Below, in pieces: positions 29,090 through 44,900 of a DNA stretch of 64,000 nucleotides. Origin of the DNA: Trichosphaerium sp. ATCC 40318. Its lineage: Eukaryota > Protista > Tubulinea. Location: the NCBI GenBank assembly GCA_038496445.1, contig JALMLS010000397.1, positions 186,001 to 250,000 of the forward strand. Reading direction: 5' to 3'. The position numbers and the translations under genes are program-made. Each line of letters starts with the position of its first letter. Position 1 is the first letter of the stretch. The notes under the pieces are model-generated. The model saw nothing but the letters and a program-made list of their open reading frames with translations. It was not told where the DNA came from and did not search any database.

Positions 29090-30034
29090 TTACTTTACAG
29101 ATTTAGATACAACCCAATCCATCGCTTTGAACAGACCTTCGCCTGTGAGCGCACAACAAGACTGACAAAAAGCATTAGCCCAAACATGTTGACACGATTA
29201 AAAAACGGTACCTGAATATGATATTGGTGCGTTGTGACGTTATTTAAGCCCAAAGCATCTGACACTTCCGCTGATGACATGGCGCCTTTCAAATCGTTCT
29301 TATTCGCTAGTACTAACAAAAGGGAGTGTTTTAAACCCTAAGGCGATATGAGCAACAGTGTTTGTGGGTAACAATTATAATTTTTTGAAATACTTTTTAG
29401 CTTTATTCAAAATCCAATTTCACCGTACCTCATGTGATAGCATCTTTGCTAACTCTGCTTTGACAATGCCTATACGCTCTCTATCTGTACTATCTACAAC
29501 CATCATCATGACCTGTTGTTGTAAGTTAAACGGAGCCGGATCAAAAAAGGCATGGGATTTGAGGTATTTTTTTTAACCGTTGACAGCCACTCAAGTATGG
29601 TTTTTGCGTTGTGATTACGACGCATTAGCTATTTGAAAAAAATAAAACATACAGATGTGTCGACGTAGTATGTGCTCCACGTTGCTCGGAGGGATTCTTG
29701 TCCGCCAATATCCTACGCGATTTTAAGTGTTTTACCAATTAATAAAGGTCTGTAGCTTCATACCCAAACATTAAACTTTATATTCTTGTAAACGATCTCT
29801 TCCACGTTACTGCCGATCGTGGGCGTCGTTAGAACGACTTCATCCAAAAGTCTGAATAGTAGCGTCAGATTAGACGCTCATATGGTACCGTACAGTTTAT
29901 ATAGCGTTGTAGTCTTTCCTGCATTGTTCAAACCAACAATAATGACTTTAAACTCTTTTAGAGCGAACAGCTTATTCCACATCATTGAAAATAGCTGCCC
30001 CTACATGGGTATTATTATTGTATACGTTTGCCAT
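29090..30034 (-). CDS. ARL5: ADP-ribosylation factor-like GTPase ARL5
   Basis: [43 protein letters not shown] and [10 protein letters not shown]; these are ARL5-type signatures. Confidence 0.9.
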
Positions 30035-30308
30035 CTATGGTTAAAAAAAAAGAAAGGTTGTAGTGCCATTTTAACAGCAGCGATAGATCAATTGGAGTTT
30101 AATGTCGCCTCTATCGCGTGAGGATTGAATTTATTTGGTTTTACAGTATTCAAACACAAGTCTTGCCAAATAAACAAAACAGCTTGTGACAGGCACTTTT
30201 AAGCTAATAATACACGCGCATAGCACGATCTTTGCCACTGAGCCATATTCTGCGCTCTCTAACTAATATTCCATCCCAAGTAGCAATACCGTTAAAGCGG
30301 TCTTAGTT

Positions 30309-30515
30309 TCACGTTTCTTGTGTAGTAGCCAATGTAGTCTTTGTAGTTTTGACGGCTTTCGCTATTGTGGTCCGAACTTCGCCGTCAATAGCTGTTATCT
30401 TTCGTAGTTTCTCTGCGTTCTCCCTAAGCTTTTCAATAGTGTGTTTTATCATTTTAAGCTCCAACAAGATGTTTTCTTGCGTGTTACTAAGTTCGTTATT
30501 GTTTCTTTGTGCCAT
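30309..30515 (-). CDS. Small coiled-coil hypothetical protein (3' end uncertain)
   Basis: ATG-initiated 68-aa ORF with a heptad pattern. Confidence 0.3.
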   Translation of the reverse strand: MAQRNNNELSNTQENILLELKMIKHTIEKLRENAEKLRKITAIDGEVRTTIAKAVKTTKTTLATTQET

Positions 30516-30811
30516 GTAGTGTACGTGTCATAGAATTGAGAGGGTTTTTGGGTTGATTTGTTCAAAAAGATTTTGGCGGTACAGTTCTTTTTGCTCGTTT
30601 GTGTTTTGGTGAGAACCTGCACTCGAGTCTTACACTACTTGATCTTATCTGATACTTTAGTGATAATAATCCGACAATGATTAGCCGTATGATAGGCGTT
30701 TAATTTTTTTTTTTGAATTTATTGAAATCTTTTGCAGAAATGATGACTCACAGATACTTCTGATAACTGAAGAAAGTATGAGGCTGATCTGTATTTATTT
30801 ATTTTATTTTT

Positions 30812-32207
<1,396 letters not shown>

Positions 32208-32751
32208 AAAATGTATTCAGTGTTGTATGAGGGTGGTGTAGGTAGATAATTGTAACAAAATAAGTAACTTATCGATAAGTGTTAAGGTCTTGCCAACGAC
32301 TATTCTTATGAAGTGTTTGAATACTTTTGCAAGCGTCCATGTAGGAGTATCTTCAGTTGTCGTCGAATAGTTTTCATAGCATTGATTGTAGTTCACAATT
32401 AAACCAAAAGAAAAAGTACCTAATTTGTCATTTGTACGAAAGACTCACCCTGTTAACCAATTGTCCGAAATGTCATTTTGTTGTCTTATAATGTTTGCTG
32501 CGGATATTCTATTGAGAGTACCTACGTAGTGATATGAATCACTGCCATGAGGATGTACATACTCAACAATGTTAAAGTGTTGCACGACGAGCTCTACTTG
32601 AAATAAAGACGTGTAGGCAATACCTTTGGCTTTACGGATTTTTTTTATTGTACACAAGCCCGCCACTTTTTTTTTCATTTGTACATGATGTTTTGTTTGC
32701 TTTTTTGTTAAACTAAGACGTCTCTTCATCGCAGGGACTTGCTGGTATTTC

Positions 32752-34654
32752 CTATAAGTTTAATAAGATCTTAGCCTTTAAGTTCTTATTTTTTTCTTCC
32801 AATCTTGTAATTTTTATAAGAAAGAAGAACGAAAGAAAATGAGGGTCGTACACATTGCATTGTAATTCTGCTTGTTAAGTACATCATGTTGTGTACTGAC
32901 TTCGATAAATATATTTACACCATATAATATAACAATTGGATGTAGTTTAGAAAGTATTTGATCTCCTTGCTTGTAGGTTGAGACACCAAATTTGAGTGAC
33001 TTTAAATTTGGTATAGAATGTCCAAGTTGCACATAATCTGTTACAGGGCAGCAAACGTTGATGAACAGACTTGTCAATTGCGTATACATCTAGAAAAGCA
33101 GTTAGATCAGTTAACAAAAAAAACAGTTGTATTTTTTAGACGGTAAATTATCACGTGACTTGGTCACGTACCTTCAAGTTTTCCATTGATTGATCTTCAT
33201 GAACTTTTAACAATGTCAGATGCCTCAAAGATGTCAAGTTACAAATAACGTTATGCCATTCTTTGTAATAACAATAATCTATGCCTTCTATTCTTAGGTT
33301 TTCAAGATTTTTGAAAGCCAATAGTACACCTGAAACACAAGTTAGAGCTCAAGATCGAAAAGTGGAAGAAAACGAAGCTAGAAGGTTTTTTTTTTTGGGT
33401 TTTTATGCAACAAGAAAACATGATGTTCTACACTGATAGGTAAGGCGGAAAACGTACTTGGGTTAATTGTCGTTGATGTAAAATCGTCAATTGTGTCTTG
33501 TGTTCTACTTAAAACTAAGGTAGTAATATTTTCAAATCGAGATAAAATCGAGGTCATCTGCGACTTTACCACGCCATCCATAGCCCGAAGATGAAGGTTC
33601 TGTATATTAGTCAATATATGACATTTGAAAGTCAAAGCATCAAGTGTATCAGCATGCCGCGGATCACATAAATGAACAGTCAATTTTGTCAATCTCGATA
33701 ACGTTGATATATTACTGACATTGATTGACCTTCCAACCATCTCAAGTGACTCTAAGTTATGACAAGAAGAAATATCAACAGTCCAATCACCACGCAGTGT
33801 CAACGATTTCAAGCATCTTGGTAGCCATGGTTCGTTTGCTAAGGCCTTTGAAAGCGCAACATGGCATGAAGAAATGTCGATGCCAAAGTCTTTGTTGAAA
33901 AGGGGATCAAACTTCCCCTTGGCCCATGCGAATCCTTCGCCGCGTAATATAGCACTGTGCGTGTGCTCAGATAGTATTTTGAGTGTCCTACAGTTAATTG
34001 TACCGGTAATAAGAGCCGGACAACGAACATTCTCTTGAAGAATTGGTTCAAGTATTAACGGATTATCGGAATGAACAAGTTGTGATGATATTGTTGTGAA
34101 TTGGAAGGGATTTCTTATAATCATGTCATCGGTTACGTAAACATCAATTCTATTTGGGAGATACTTTAGGAGGTCATTTAAGTCTATTCCATTGTTCCAG
34201 TTGCGAACATTCAACGTACTGACAAATATTAGTGATCTTTCTCAGAGAAAAATGGTTTTAAAGTACCGTAAGTTTTTGAAATTCTTGAGCAGGTGGTACG
34301 CCTGTACTTCATTATCAGGGCTACTTGGAAACCAAAAATACTTAATATTATCATATGATGCTTTTTTCCAAGCTCTTGAAACTATTCACAAGTTCAGCAC
34401 GTGAAAGAAGAAAAGTGATAAAAGAACAAACAAAAGCTGACCTAGTGCAATGCTGCCAAAGTCTCTGAGATGAGGACATGGAGAACAGTTATTCCTATTC
34501 GAATGGCAGTACTTTTTAATATCGTGAATAGTAATGTAATCGAATATGTGGCTTACAATCTACTCTTTTTGTTAACTTTGAACAAATAGCTGGTTATATT
34601 TGTTGACACCTCAACCTCTACGAAAAGCACTAAACGTGCAAACCGCATTGGCAT
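32752..34654 (-). CDS. F-box/LRR protein, multi-exon
   Basis: N-terminal FVEVEIVSHIFDYI (F-box-like); LRR-like units LKSLTLRG, LESLEMVG, LTKLTVH and ITTLVLS. Confidence 0.7.
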
Positions 34655-35353
34655 GAATGATGTTTTAAAGGCAGATTTAAATCAAGTATCAAGGCACAAG
34701 AATGATTTGGTCGGATTGGTAGTTAGTCGCTCACCTCTGTCGGTAGGAGTGTTGTAAAGTCCACACAACGTCCCAAGCTGATAATTTCAAGAGGTTGGAA
34801 CACGAGTAAGTGAGTATTGTAGCTTTTCAGCCAACTGTCAAGAATGTTATGTGATGCAGACATTCGGATACGTTTTATAACACTTGGGAAGTTGCGTAGG
34901 GTTCCTAGTGACTATGGAGTATGAAATGTAATGTTTTTGTAAGTTTGCGTACTGGTTGAGATATAAAAGGTTTCACATGACGAAACTATTATAATTAGCG
35001 CGTATAGTGTAAGTTAGAGCGTACAATTTCATTTTGTGTCAAAGCTGGCACTTTGCTTTCTTTACAGCTACTCCTGTGATGAACCCAATCTTTTATCTAC
35101 GTTGTTGTTACTACAGGCATCAAATTGGCAAAGTCGTAACCTGACATGACCTTGAACAATAATACGATGCTTTACATACGCTACATCGATTGCGAGCATC
35201 TTTATTGCAGCTACTGCATCTATTCATGACAAGGGACAATTTTTGACGGTCAACGGCTGTATGCCAGTATTATAGCTCGAATATGACACTATACAGCTCT
35301 TGCATGCCATAAGTATTGGTTATATCAGTTTAGACGCTAGGATAATACAAAAA

Positions 35354-37106
35354 ATGCTACAATGTGTCAGAAACAGGACAATACATTCTACCTATAACTG
35401 TAGAAAGAGTTTTACGCATAACAAGACAAATCATAACGTAATTGCTCGAATAAGCGCGCGTACATACGAAAGGAACCCCTTAGGTCCAAATGGGCGACGA
35501 AACAAACGAACAAGGAGATCACGTCGAAGTAAACCGCAATCGGACGCACGGATTCGGCGGGATCGATACCAATACAATGTAGAACCGGATTACGCTAAAC
35601 TCTTCAAGAGTATAGACTTTCAGGCGCCACAATCATCAGAAGCTGACAAAGCAATGACTGAAGTCATTAAATCAATATCACAACAAAACACTGAGAGCCC
35701 TGGCGAGGTTGCAACAAGACTGGCAGTTTTTGGAAATATTCGTCATCAAGTACGCAAATGGTTCAATAATAGGGTTGATTTGAAGCTATTTGGATCAAGT
35801 GTAACGGGATTGGCAACAAAAGGTGGCGATCTTGGTACGCAAACGAGATATTCAGACTTTACTTTTTTGGTAAAAAAATCACAGAAAAAACTGAAAACTG
35901 TTTTCCTTTCTGTGCTCTTGTTTTTGACTTTTAACTTTAGATATATCATTGATAGCAAATAGAGGGAATACTTCTCACTCAAGACATATAATATTCGAAA
36001 TCTATAAGAGAATGAGACGTGGTACACATCAGCAATATTTTTGACTCAACTTTTTTGTTTTTATTTTATTTACATTTCCTTTAACAACTCGCTCTGTTAT
36101 ATTACGTTGTACAATCCAAAGGGTAAACAGCCTTCTCTAAAATATTCTAGCAAAGCATATGTATCCAACAGAAGCACCTAGACTACGAGCGCGTGTACCA
36201 ATCGTCAAGTTCGAGTATTCCGAACCAAAAATGCCAATGTTTCCTGCGGATATTTGTGTAAATAACAGCTTGGGTGTTCGTAACTCTGAAATGATACGTG
36301 ACTACTTAGCAATTGACCCACGTGCCAAAGAATTAAGTACGTAAAACAAAACTTGAGAAAGTGTGCAAAACGATAGTACCTGCCTTTTACGAAGTTTTTA
36401 TCACGTGTCTTTGTCATCCTCACTTCTATTTTTAGTTGTATTTGTAAAACATTGGGCTAAACACCGTGGAATTAATGCTGCATATGAGGGAACATTCTCT
36501 TCGTATTGTCTTACAATTATGGTTATATACTTTCTACAAGTCATAGAGAACCCTATACTACCGAACTTACAAAAGCTTGGTAAATATTCTCACTCTTTTT
36601 ACCTTTTTTTTGTTGACGATTTCTGATTTTTTCGTAGGTGGTTCTTCAAATAAAGTAGTTGTAGATGGTTGGGATTGTACATACTGTGAAAATATTAATA
36701 CACTAGTTGGATTTGGAAGCGAAAATAAGTCTTCTGTGGGTCTATTAGCAACTCAGTTTTTCAGGTTTTATGCGCAGACTTTTAATGCAAAAGAACATAT
36801 GGTTTGTATAAGAAAAGGTCATTTAGTAGATAAAATGACCCCAGAAGTATTAGTAGTAATGGATCCATTTGAGGTAACTATCATACTTTTTTGTTTTGGG
36901 GCTACAGCCCTCTCACAGACGCCCTTTTGATTTTTTTACATCAATGTCTTATTCTTATTTTTTTCTTACGTATTTTTCAATAGCTAAGTCACAATTTGGC
37001 AAAAGCAACAAATAGTACACAATTGCTTCGGTTGCGTAAAGAATTCTGGCGTGCCTGGGCGCTATGTCTATCTGCAGATAAGATAGACATAAACACTGCT
37101 ATTTAA
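35354..37106 (+). CDS. Cid1/TUTase/MTPAP-family non-canonical poly(A)/(U) polymerase, multi-exon
   Basis: LFGSSVTGLATKGGDLDI, ARVPIVK, DICVNNSLGVRNS, VKHWAK, SSYCLTIMVIYFLQ and DPFELSHNLA. Confidence 0.92.
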
Positions 37107-37178
37107 TGCTGTTTTTTTCAACACTTCTTGTACAATACATAAAAACCACCAAGCCCGTATTTTATATCGTACAGTAAT

Positions 37179-40084
37179 TTATTCAAAGTTATCATTTGTT
37201 ACAGCTTCTTTATCCTGAAAAAGGTAGTTTAGTTCTTTGTCTCGGAGTAGTTGTTTTGAGACCCGTTAGTACATCAAAGTGAAAACGAGTTCTATCCTTA
37301 GCTTGGTTACTGAGAACGGGAAGTGTGAGTGACATTTTACAGTGCAATTTGAATGACATGCATGAATTCGTGCTGCTAGAACATGTGTAGAGTGTTCCAA
37401 TTATCTTATAATTGACCTCCCTTTACACCATTGGTTGGAACTTTTTTGATTCCAAAAAGATGAGATGTCCTTCCTTCGCTGTTGGCTTATTCATCTCTAA
37501 GTCATCTGTATCTGATTCACTTGATGAATAATCTACAAAAGCACGAGTATTGCCTTTGTTACTCTTTTTCAACAAGTTTGGACTGCTCATGTACTCCTGA
37601 ACAAAGTCATTCGGCTTATTTGAATTGGAGAGTGCTGCAATAGCTCCTTCTAATCCTGCAACACGATCATCAAGGTTTTCCAGATGACTTAGAATTTTCT
37701 AAAGATAGTTTTGTCAGAACAGAAATCGAATAAATGATTGTGGCGCTTTAGCTGTAAAACAGAAAAATTTGAACTGTCCGAAATATTTGTAAGGAAATTA
37801 TCACTGCTACACACCAGATTCAAGTAAAATAAAATGCGCTGTAATAGATTTACTCTGTATGTTTTCTCAGAGTGGAAAAGAGTGCAACTAGTTCTTGGCT
37901 TACATGTGAATCGTACCTTAAACGTGTTGTCTATCTCTGCAAGTTTGTATGTTACTGGATCAGCACGTCTCATTGCTACAAGTCTACTTTCATGCATTCT
38001 TTTCTTCTTATTAAAAGCAGATATTTTACCCTTATTAGCGCTACGTGGTGATTTGTTTCCCTTCTTTGGAGAAGCTGCACGTTTTTTATTGTTTGGTGCT
38101 GGAGAATTAGCCTTTTTATCAACTGTTGGTGAGTCACGTTTTTTACCAGTTGGTTGCTTTGGTGCTACTTTCTTAGGTTCAGGTGTCTTTGATCCTGGAG
38201 CTTTACCTTTGCTTCTCAAATCCTAAGCACAGTGAGCTTATGTTCAAGCAGAAGTGTTGTAAAACAGTCACATAAGGTTTTATTAGATGACTTCTTCGTA
38301 CCTTGAGTAGCTTTTGCTGATACATTACAATCAGCTTTTCCGCTGTAACATTGACATCATAATCATTTTGTGGACTGAATCCATTACATCCATAGACCAT
38401 TTGCTCGAGTTGTGTTACAGATGATAGACAGACGCCAAGAAATCCATTCGAACTCTGGCGGATATAAACCACAACATCATACATAAGAATATCACTTATA
38501 CTACCCGACTATTTAACAGATTATTAGCAAAGGTTCTTTTCAAACATTTTATGAGAGTGTAACTTACAATAATATTGTCCCGCCATGAACTGTTCTAGAG
38601 GGTGAGAAAGTCAGTTTGAGAATTTTTATACTTTTTGGATTTTTTCTTGTTTTTTCCTTGTTTTGTAACATACCTTTTTGCTTTCTGTTATTTTATTTAA
38701 TGGGACAATACAATATCTATCACTTAATCTCATACAATATGCTGGTTTGAGGTATGAATTGCTATCTGGTTTACGAAGTGCAATACCAATCTCATCGTTG
38801 CCTAATTTTCTCACCTAAAACTTTAAATAAATATGTTGATTGGTAAACTACCACTTCAAGTGCTACCTACCTTTGGCGCTATATTTTTTACGAGGTTTCT
38901 TGTATTGTTGCCAAAGAGCGTTGCATCACAATTACTGTATATCTTAGCGTTGTCCTTTGATGCGTGGACAATGCTGACACGTCCAAGCTCCAGTGGCAAG
39001 TCATACTCTTCTATACTTATAAAGCGATCACGTGGGACATACTTGTCTTTTTTTCCACTTAAAGTACAAGAGATATCATAGAGATGATCAGGATACTTTA
39101 ATTTGGAGAATCTACTTGCCCAGTCTTTAACAAAAAAGTCAGCAACCAAAAAGACAAATTGTTTGAACGAAAAAGAACGAAATGACACGCACGTGTGTTG
39201 AGGGCAAATAAATCCAAGAACTCGTTATATTTGTTATCAAGAAGACTAAGTTGGAACACTCTATTGTGGAATCTACTAATGATACAAACACCTATTCTCC
39301 TTCTTATATTTGAGGTTCCTTTTGGGTAACGCTGGCTTTGGGTCCATCTTGACCCTAGGCATATCACAACTTCTTTAATATCAAAAGCAATAGTATTATG
39401 GCTTTCGGTATCCTACAAAGTGAATTAAGGTATGTACAACGAAAATAAACAAAGAAAACTCAGTGTCAAACTTTTGTGTTGATAAACAAGAACAGGACGT
39501 ACCCGAATACGTAGAGAGATACAGTCTAACGCGAGTTGTACAGTAACCATCTGTGTTAACTTGGTTTTACTACTGTACAGGCCCAAGTGTGCCTCGTACT
39601 CATATTCAATGCCAAACGCAGGCTCCGGCATAAAAAATGAAGGCTCCTAGCAAACAATAAACATCAATTAACCGATTTCAATACATCAAATTCAAAGGCA
39701 CGTACGTTCATTGCTCCGTCTACAATAAACTGCTTTTCATCGCCTTTTGGCTCCCAAGCGGATCCAGTACTTTGTTGCCTAAAAATAGGTTGGCTAGAGG
39801 ATCTAAGCTGTGTCGTACCATCTGAAGTACCAGTCTGATGTACAGACTATTTGAGGTCCTCCATCTAGCGTAACGAATGATGTGTTTTCCAGTTTTAAGG
39901 CCTTCTTGGACATGTTGCTATTGTCTCTTGACTTTGAATTATCTGAGAATTTCTCTTTCGGGCGTTCATGAACGGGATACTTTTCGCTTCTAGATCGGTA
40001 CTTCGTAGGGTCGTTTGGACAACGTTCAGTGCACCCCCGATTTACACAACGCCGTGTTGTTGCCCAGACATATTGATAAAGCAC
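37179..40084 (-). CDS. Hypothetical multi-exon protein with a Lys/Pro/Ser-rich region
   Basis: Consistent exon chain with GT-AG introns; no family recognised; start position uncertain. Confidence 0.55.
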
Positions 40085-40170
40085 ATACTAGGGTAATGGT
40101 TGCGAAGAGTGAAAAAAAATACCCGTTTCTGTCAAGCTTGTTCAAAAAAACCTCTTAGCATCTCTACGTT

Positions 40171-41726
40171 ATGGAACAGCATCGTGAGTTACCCGTACAT
40201 TACTTTTTGACACGAAATCTTTGTGACATGTCGGTAATTCTGTGTAACACTTTCCAGTGTCATTGGAGATACGCAAATGCACTACGGATATCGTCGAAAA
40301 TGGCAAAAAAATAACGCCTGAGCGCATTGGCATTGTGTTTAAAGAAATTATGCAAGGAAAACCAGCACCAGCACAAGTGTCAGCGTTTTTAATCGCTTTA
40401 CGCTATTCCAATCAAATGCTTGAGCCAGATGGTTCAATGTTACACAAAGTAGCTGCTACAGTATTTGACTTCTCCATAAACAATATTACAGGTACAGTGT
40501 TGATTTCTCACGGGAAAATTGTTTTCTGAATCTGTTATTACTACTTTTGTTGTTTAACACCCACTTAGGTATCCCTGAGCCAGTTCTTGACATTGTAGGC
40601 ACTGGAGGAGATGCATATGACACTTTTAATGTTTCAACAGCATCGTCATTTATCGTATGTCATCACATCGCTCTCTGTAGCTCATTAACGCCAAAATGTA
40701 GTGCGCCGGCTGTGGTGTCACTGTTGGCAAGCAAGGAAACCACTCTTCTAAAGGAAAGAGTGGCAGCGCTGCGCTCGTTGAGGCACTAGGCGCAAACATG
40801 CTCATGTCAAAAACTCAACTAGGTAACTGTCTAAACACTCAAGTATCTGGTGCTCTAACAGCTTTGTCAACCAGACAATTGCATTAAAAACATTGGTTTT
40901 GCGTACTTCTTTGCCAGAGAACACCACCCAGCAATGAAGAATGTAGTGGCTGTGAGAAAGTATGTAGTACATTAGATTATCAGACATTAACTGGAATTGT
41001 AGATTACTAGGCGTTAGGACAGTCTTCAACTTGTTAGGTCCGCTTATGAACCCTTGTAAACCTTCCCACATGTTAGTGGGTGTAGCTAGGGCTGATATAG
41101 GTGCGTCATTAGTCAAACTTAGCGAGAAACTTACACTACATAGGTCCTGTCTACGCACAAGTTCTAAGACGACAAAAGCACGTGAAACGAGCGCTAGTAG
41201 TACATGGTGTACCAGAGCCTAGCAAAGCACCCAGAGGTACTCAGTTAGGATTCAAATACCCGTTTAACAAAGTTGCTAGGCTTGGATGAAATAAGTCCTA
41301 TTGGTAATACACTAGTGTGGGAAGTAAACGGCGACTCTGAAGTAAAGGTGCGGAGAATTTAGAAGTGCAAATTGTAGACTGTGCTAAAACAAATGTACAG
41401 GCGTATAGCATAAGTCCCAGCGACTTTGGTCTTCCTGAACATGAGATGTCAAAAGTGGCTGGAGGAACGCCTCAAGACAACAAAAAGACATTTTTAGAGA
41501 TAATTGGAGGCGCCAGTTCCCCTGTAGCTGATTTTGTGACGATGAATTCAGCGTACGATCGCTGCTCAAGAATTCTTATTTACTGACGTGCTGTATTAGA
41601 GCTGCACTGTACGTTGCAGGCGTTGCAAAGGACTTCAAGGATGGTGTCGCGGTAGTGAAAGAGGCGCTTATTAACGGAAAAGTTAGAAAATTAGTCGACC
41701 AATATGTTTCATGTTCTAATGAGTAA
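40171..41726 (+). CDS. trpD: Anthranilate phosphoribosyltransferase, multi-exon
   Basis: [47 protein letters not shown] and GLDEIS. Confidence 0.95.
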
Positions 41727-41957
41727 AGAATGTGTGCTATGTACTTTTACGGCGTTTGTTCAAGTTAGTAGTTACTTAAAGCACGTTCCCCATTAAGTAT
41801 TTTTAATACCCGCGGTATTGGACAACACATAGCTCGTTAGTGTAGGTGCGCTCGGTTTTTCATGTTACGCAAGTGGCCTTTTGGCTGTTCTGCGCTTTTT
41901 TAGACGCACTCCTATAATTCATAATATTATTGTCTAGCCAACCTTAGTACAACCACA

Positions 41958-44900
41958 ATGTCCTCAGCTGAAGGTATTTATCGATTGAATGCATTTTTAT
42001 CTTTTTGTCTCGTTGGCTCTTATCTTTACCCTTGCTTGCAGAAAACTCTGCGTCGGTGTCCGCCGAAGAAAACAGAGAGAGCGATAGTATCGAAGTTAGC
42101 GAAAGCGTTAGCGGCGAAGCACCAGTTGTTGTTAAATCTATCAGTATGCAACGACCGATAACTCGTTTTTACCTTATAATTTTTTAGGCAAAGAGTTAGA
42201 AATGCAGCGCAAACAAACCATACGCAAGCTCCCAAAGAACGTAACACAACTCGACCTATCTGCAGAGAAAATCGTTAAAGAAGACGTATGGAAAGCAGAA
42301 AAGAGTTGTATTTCAATCCGTAAGTTCCCTACTACCTTTACTTCGCTCCCAAACACATATTGCTACTAAAGTCCTAATTTTGCTCAGTTTTGAACTGCCG
42401 TATGCTTCTCAGGGAGATGGTTGAATACAAACAATACCAACAGCGTATCGTCAACGTAAGTTCGACTCTATTTGCGCCTTTATTAACGAAGAAATCAGGG
42501 TAAATTGTCGTTGGCCGAAATTAAAGGTCTGTTGGGTCTCTCTGGCACTGAACGTGATGAACCTGATCTAATCAAAGGTACCGATTTAGAGCTTTTTGTA
42601 GTTTACGGCGTTTTTTATTTATTTTGACAACCAATGCTTTTAGTGCATTACTGATCGCTTATATACCTTTAGAAATCATGGAATTGCGTCAGCAACTCAC
42701 GAAGCAATTGCGTAGCAATTTTAAAAAGGAGCGTGAATACAAACGTTTGGAGCAAAAGATTGAATTGCTTATTAGCCACAAATACAATATCGAGGTACGT
42801 AAAGCGCTATGATGTTTGTTTAAGTGCTTAATTCTATGTTGTAGCAAATGGAAAAACCTAAACAGAAAAAAGACAAGAAGAGAAACAGAGAGGTTGTACC
42901 AGTTACTCAAATCACCAAGGCCAAACTTCGCTTGTACTCACAACTCTTGTATGTGTTGCAAACAAAAGCAGAGTACCTTGGAAGATTGTACGTCCGAAAT
43001 CGTCATCGTTATCCCATTTAACTTAATTATTTAGGTCTACGCTTATTACCGCTAAAGAAATGGCTGAATTCCAAACTACTATGATTATTACTCTGTTCGG
43101 TAACGCCTTTTCTCATCGTGAGGAATTCTTGATTCTTGAACTGTTCAGTAAAGCTATTAAGTTTGAAATTGAAAGACACACTGATGTTGGTGCGCGATTT
43201 TGTGGTCTTTTGACGAGTTTTTTCTGTGGCTCACTAGCTTTTTAGAGGATGTCAACAAGTTCACAGAAGAACATGAATCGTCTGTACCAAGAATGGTGTT
43301 GGCGTACAACAGCAGAAAAGCTGGTCAAAACTACCTTACAAGGAACTTCGGAGAGGTCGTACGCGAAGCTATTGCCATTGAAACAAGCTTCGAACTCAAA
43401 CCACTATCTGTACGTAGATTGATTTATGTAATTTATAGCCTAATCGTTTGTCTAGATTTACCTTCGTATGATTAATGAAGAGGAAGTACGCACTGGTAAA
43501 AAATCAAGCAAGCCACGTGCCATTACACCTGAGGAAGCCTTGAAGGATCCTGAAGTAGGTGAAATTATTGAAGAGCGTAAAAAGGCTATTGGTGATGTTT
43601 GCAATTCTTTCCTAAATGTTATTTTGAAGACACTAAAGGTATGATTTTGTTACATATTTTTTTGAAGAAAGTCAATTAATGATTGTGCTTAGGATGTCCC
43701 ATACGGTTTGAGACTCATTTGCAAACGTATTTACGATTACACCCTCGCTAAATACCCAGAAATCAACCCTGTACGTCTCTTTTAAGCGCTTATTGTTGTA
43801 AAAACGACTCATAGCCTTGTAGATCAAAATCTGGAAGGTTGTAGGATACTTTGTATACTACCGTTTCATCAATTTGGTTATTGTACAACCAGATAACTAC
43901 GACTTGTGTAACCACGACGATGTCGGCATCAACGTTCGTAAGAACTTGGTTGTGGTGCGTGCTTTTTTCTTTGCTGGTTTTGGTCATTTGTTCACTGTTA
44001 ATCATCCTTTCTAGATCTCCAAGTTGCTTTACAAAATCTTCGGTTTGGGTAAATTCCCAGAGAAGGCTGAATTCAGCATTCTTAACGAGTTTGTTCTTGC
44101 AACACGTGAGAAGATTCTCGTTTACTTCCAAGATTTGTGCGACGTACAAGAACCAGAACAACATTTGAATATCAACCGTTACAATGAACTCGCCCAAAAA
44201 ACAACACCTTTTGTAATTATTGGTATTAAGGAGCTCGTGCTCACTCACAGACTCCTCGACAAACATATAGCTCAACTCAGCAAAAATAACAAAAAAGATC
44301 CTTTGGCTGTTATTCTAACTGAACTCGGTACGTTTTATACTATTTACATACTGGTGTCTGTTCTTGAGACTTATGTCGTTACTTAGAGGCTGTACCAATT
44401 GACCACGAAGAAGATGAAAAAGAAGTTCAACTAGAGCTTGAGAATCGTTTTGCACCTCGTGCTAGTGAGGAAGTATCACCAGAGCACCTTTATGACCAAA
44501 CAGTCGAATATATCGTACAAATGTTCCGACGCCTCGAAGTCGAGCGTTTCAAGGCCAAGTCCCTCGCTGAAATCCTTAAAGCTGCAAGCAATCACAACAG
44601 TGCGTAATTTCTATCTCACCTTTTTTTGTTTGTGGCTGATGGAAGTGTTAGATAAGGATATTGTTGCCCAAGCAGAAAAGGTAATTGGTAACGTTGAGAC
44701 CCTTAAAGAAAAGGGCAAAATTGCCAAGGATGATGATAATCTCAAGAACCTTCTTCGTGACGTTGCTTTGGAAGTAGCCAATCGTGAAGCAAGACGGGAA
44801 TCACAACGTAAAGAAATTGCTCGTTTGCGAGCAACCAACTCGTCCCTAAAGAAGCATAATGGCTTCTTGGAAGCTCAAAGTGACGAGTTTACAAGTTACC

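Noticed and set aside
41875-41886. GGCCTTTTGGCT resembles U2 snRNA stem I
   Set aside because: The following AAGATCAAGTGTAGTA branch-pairing region is absent.
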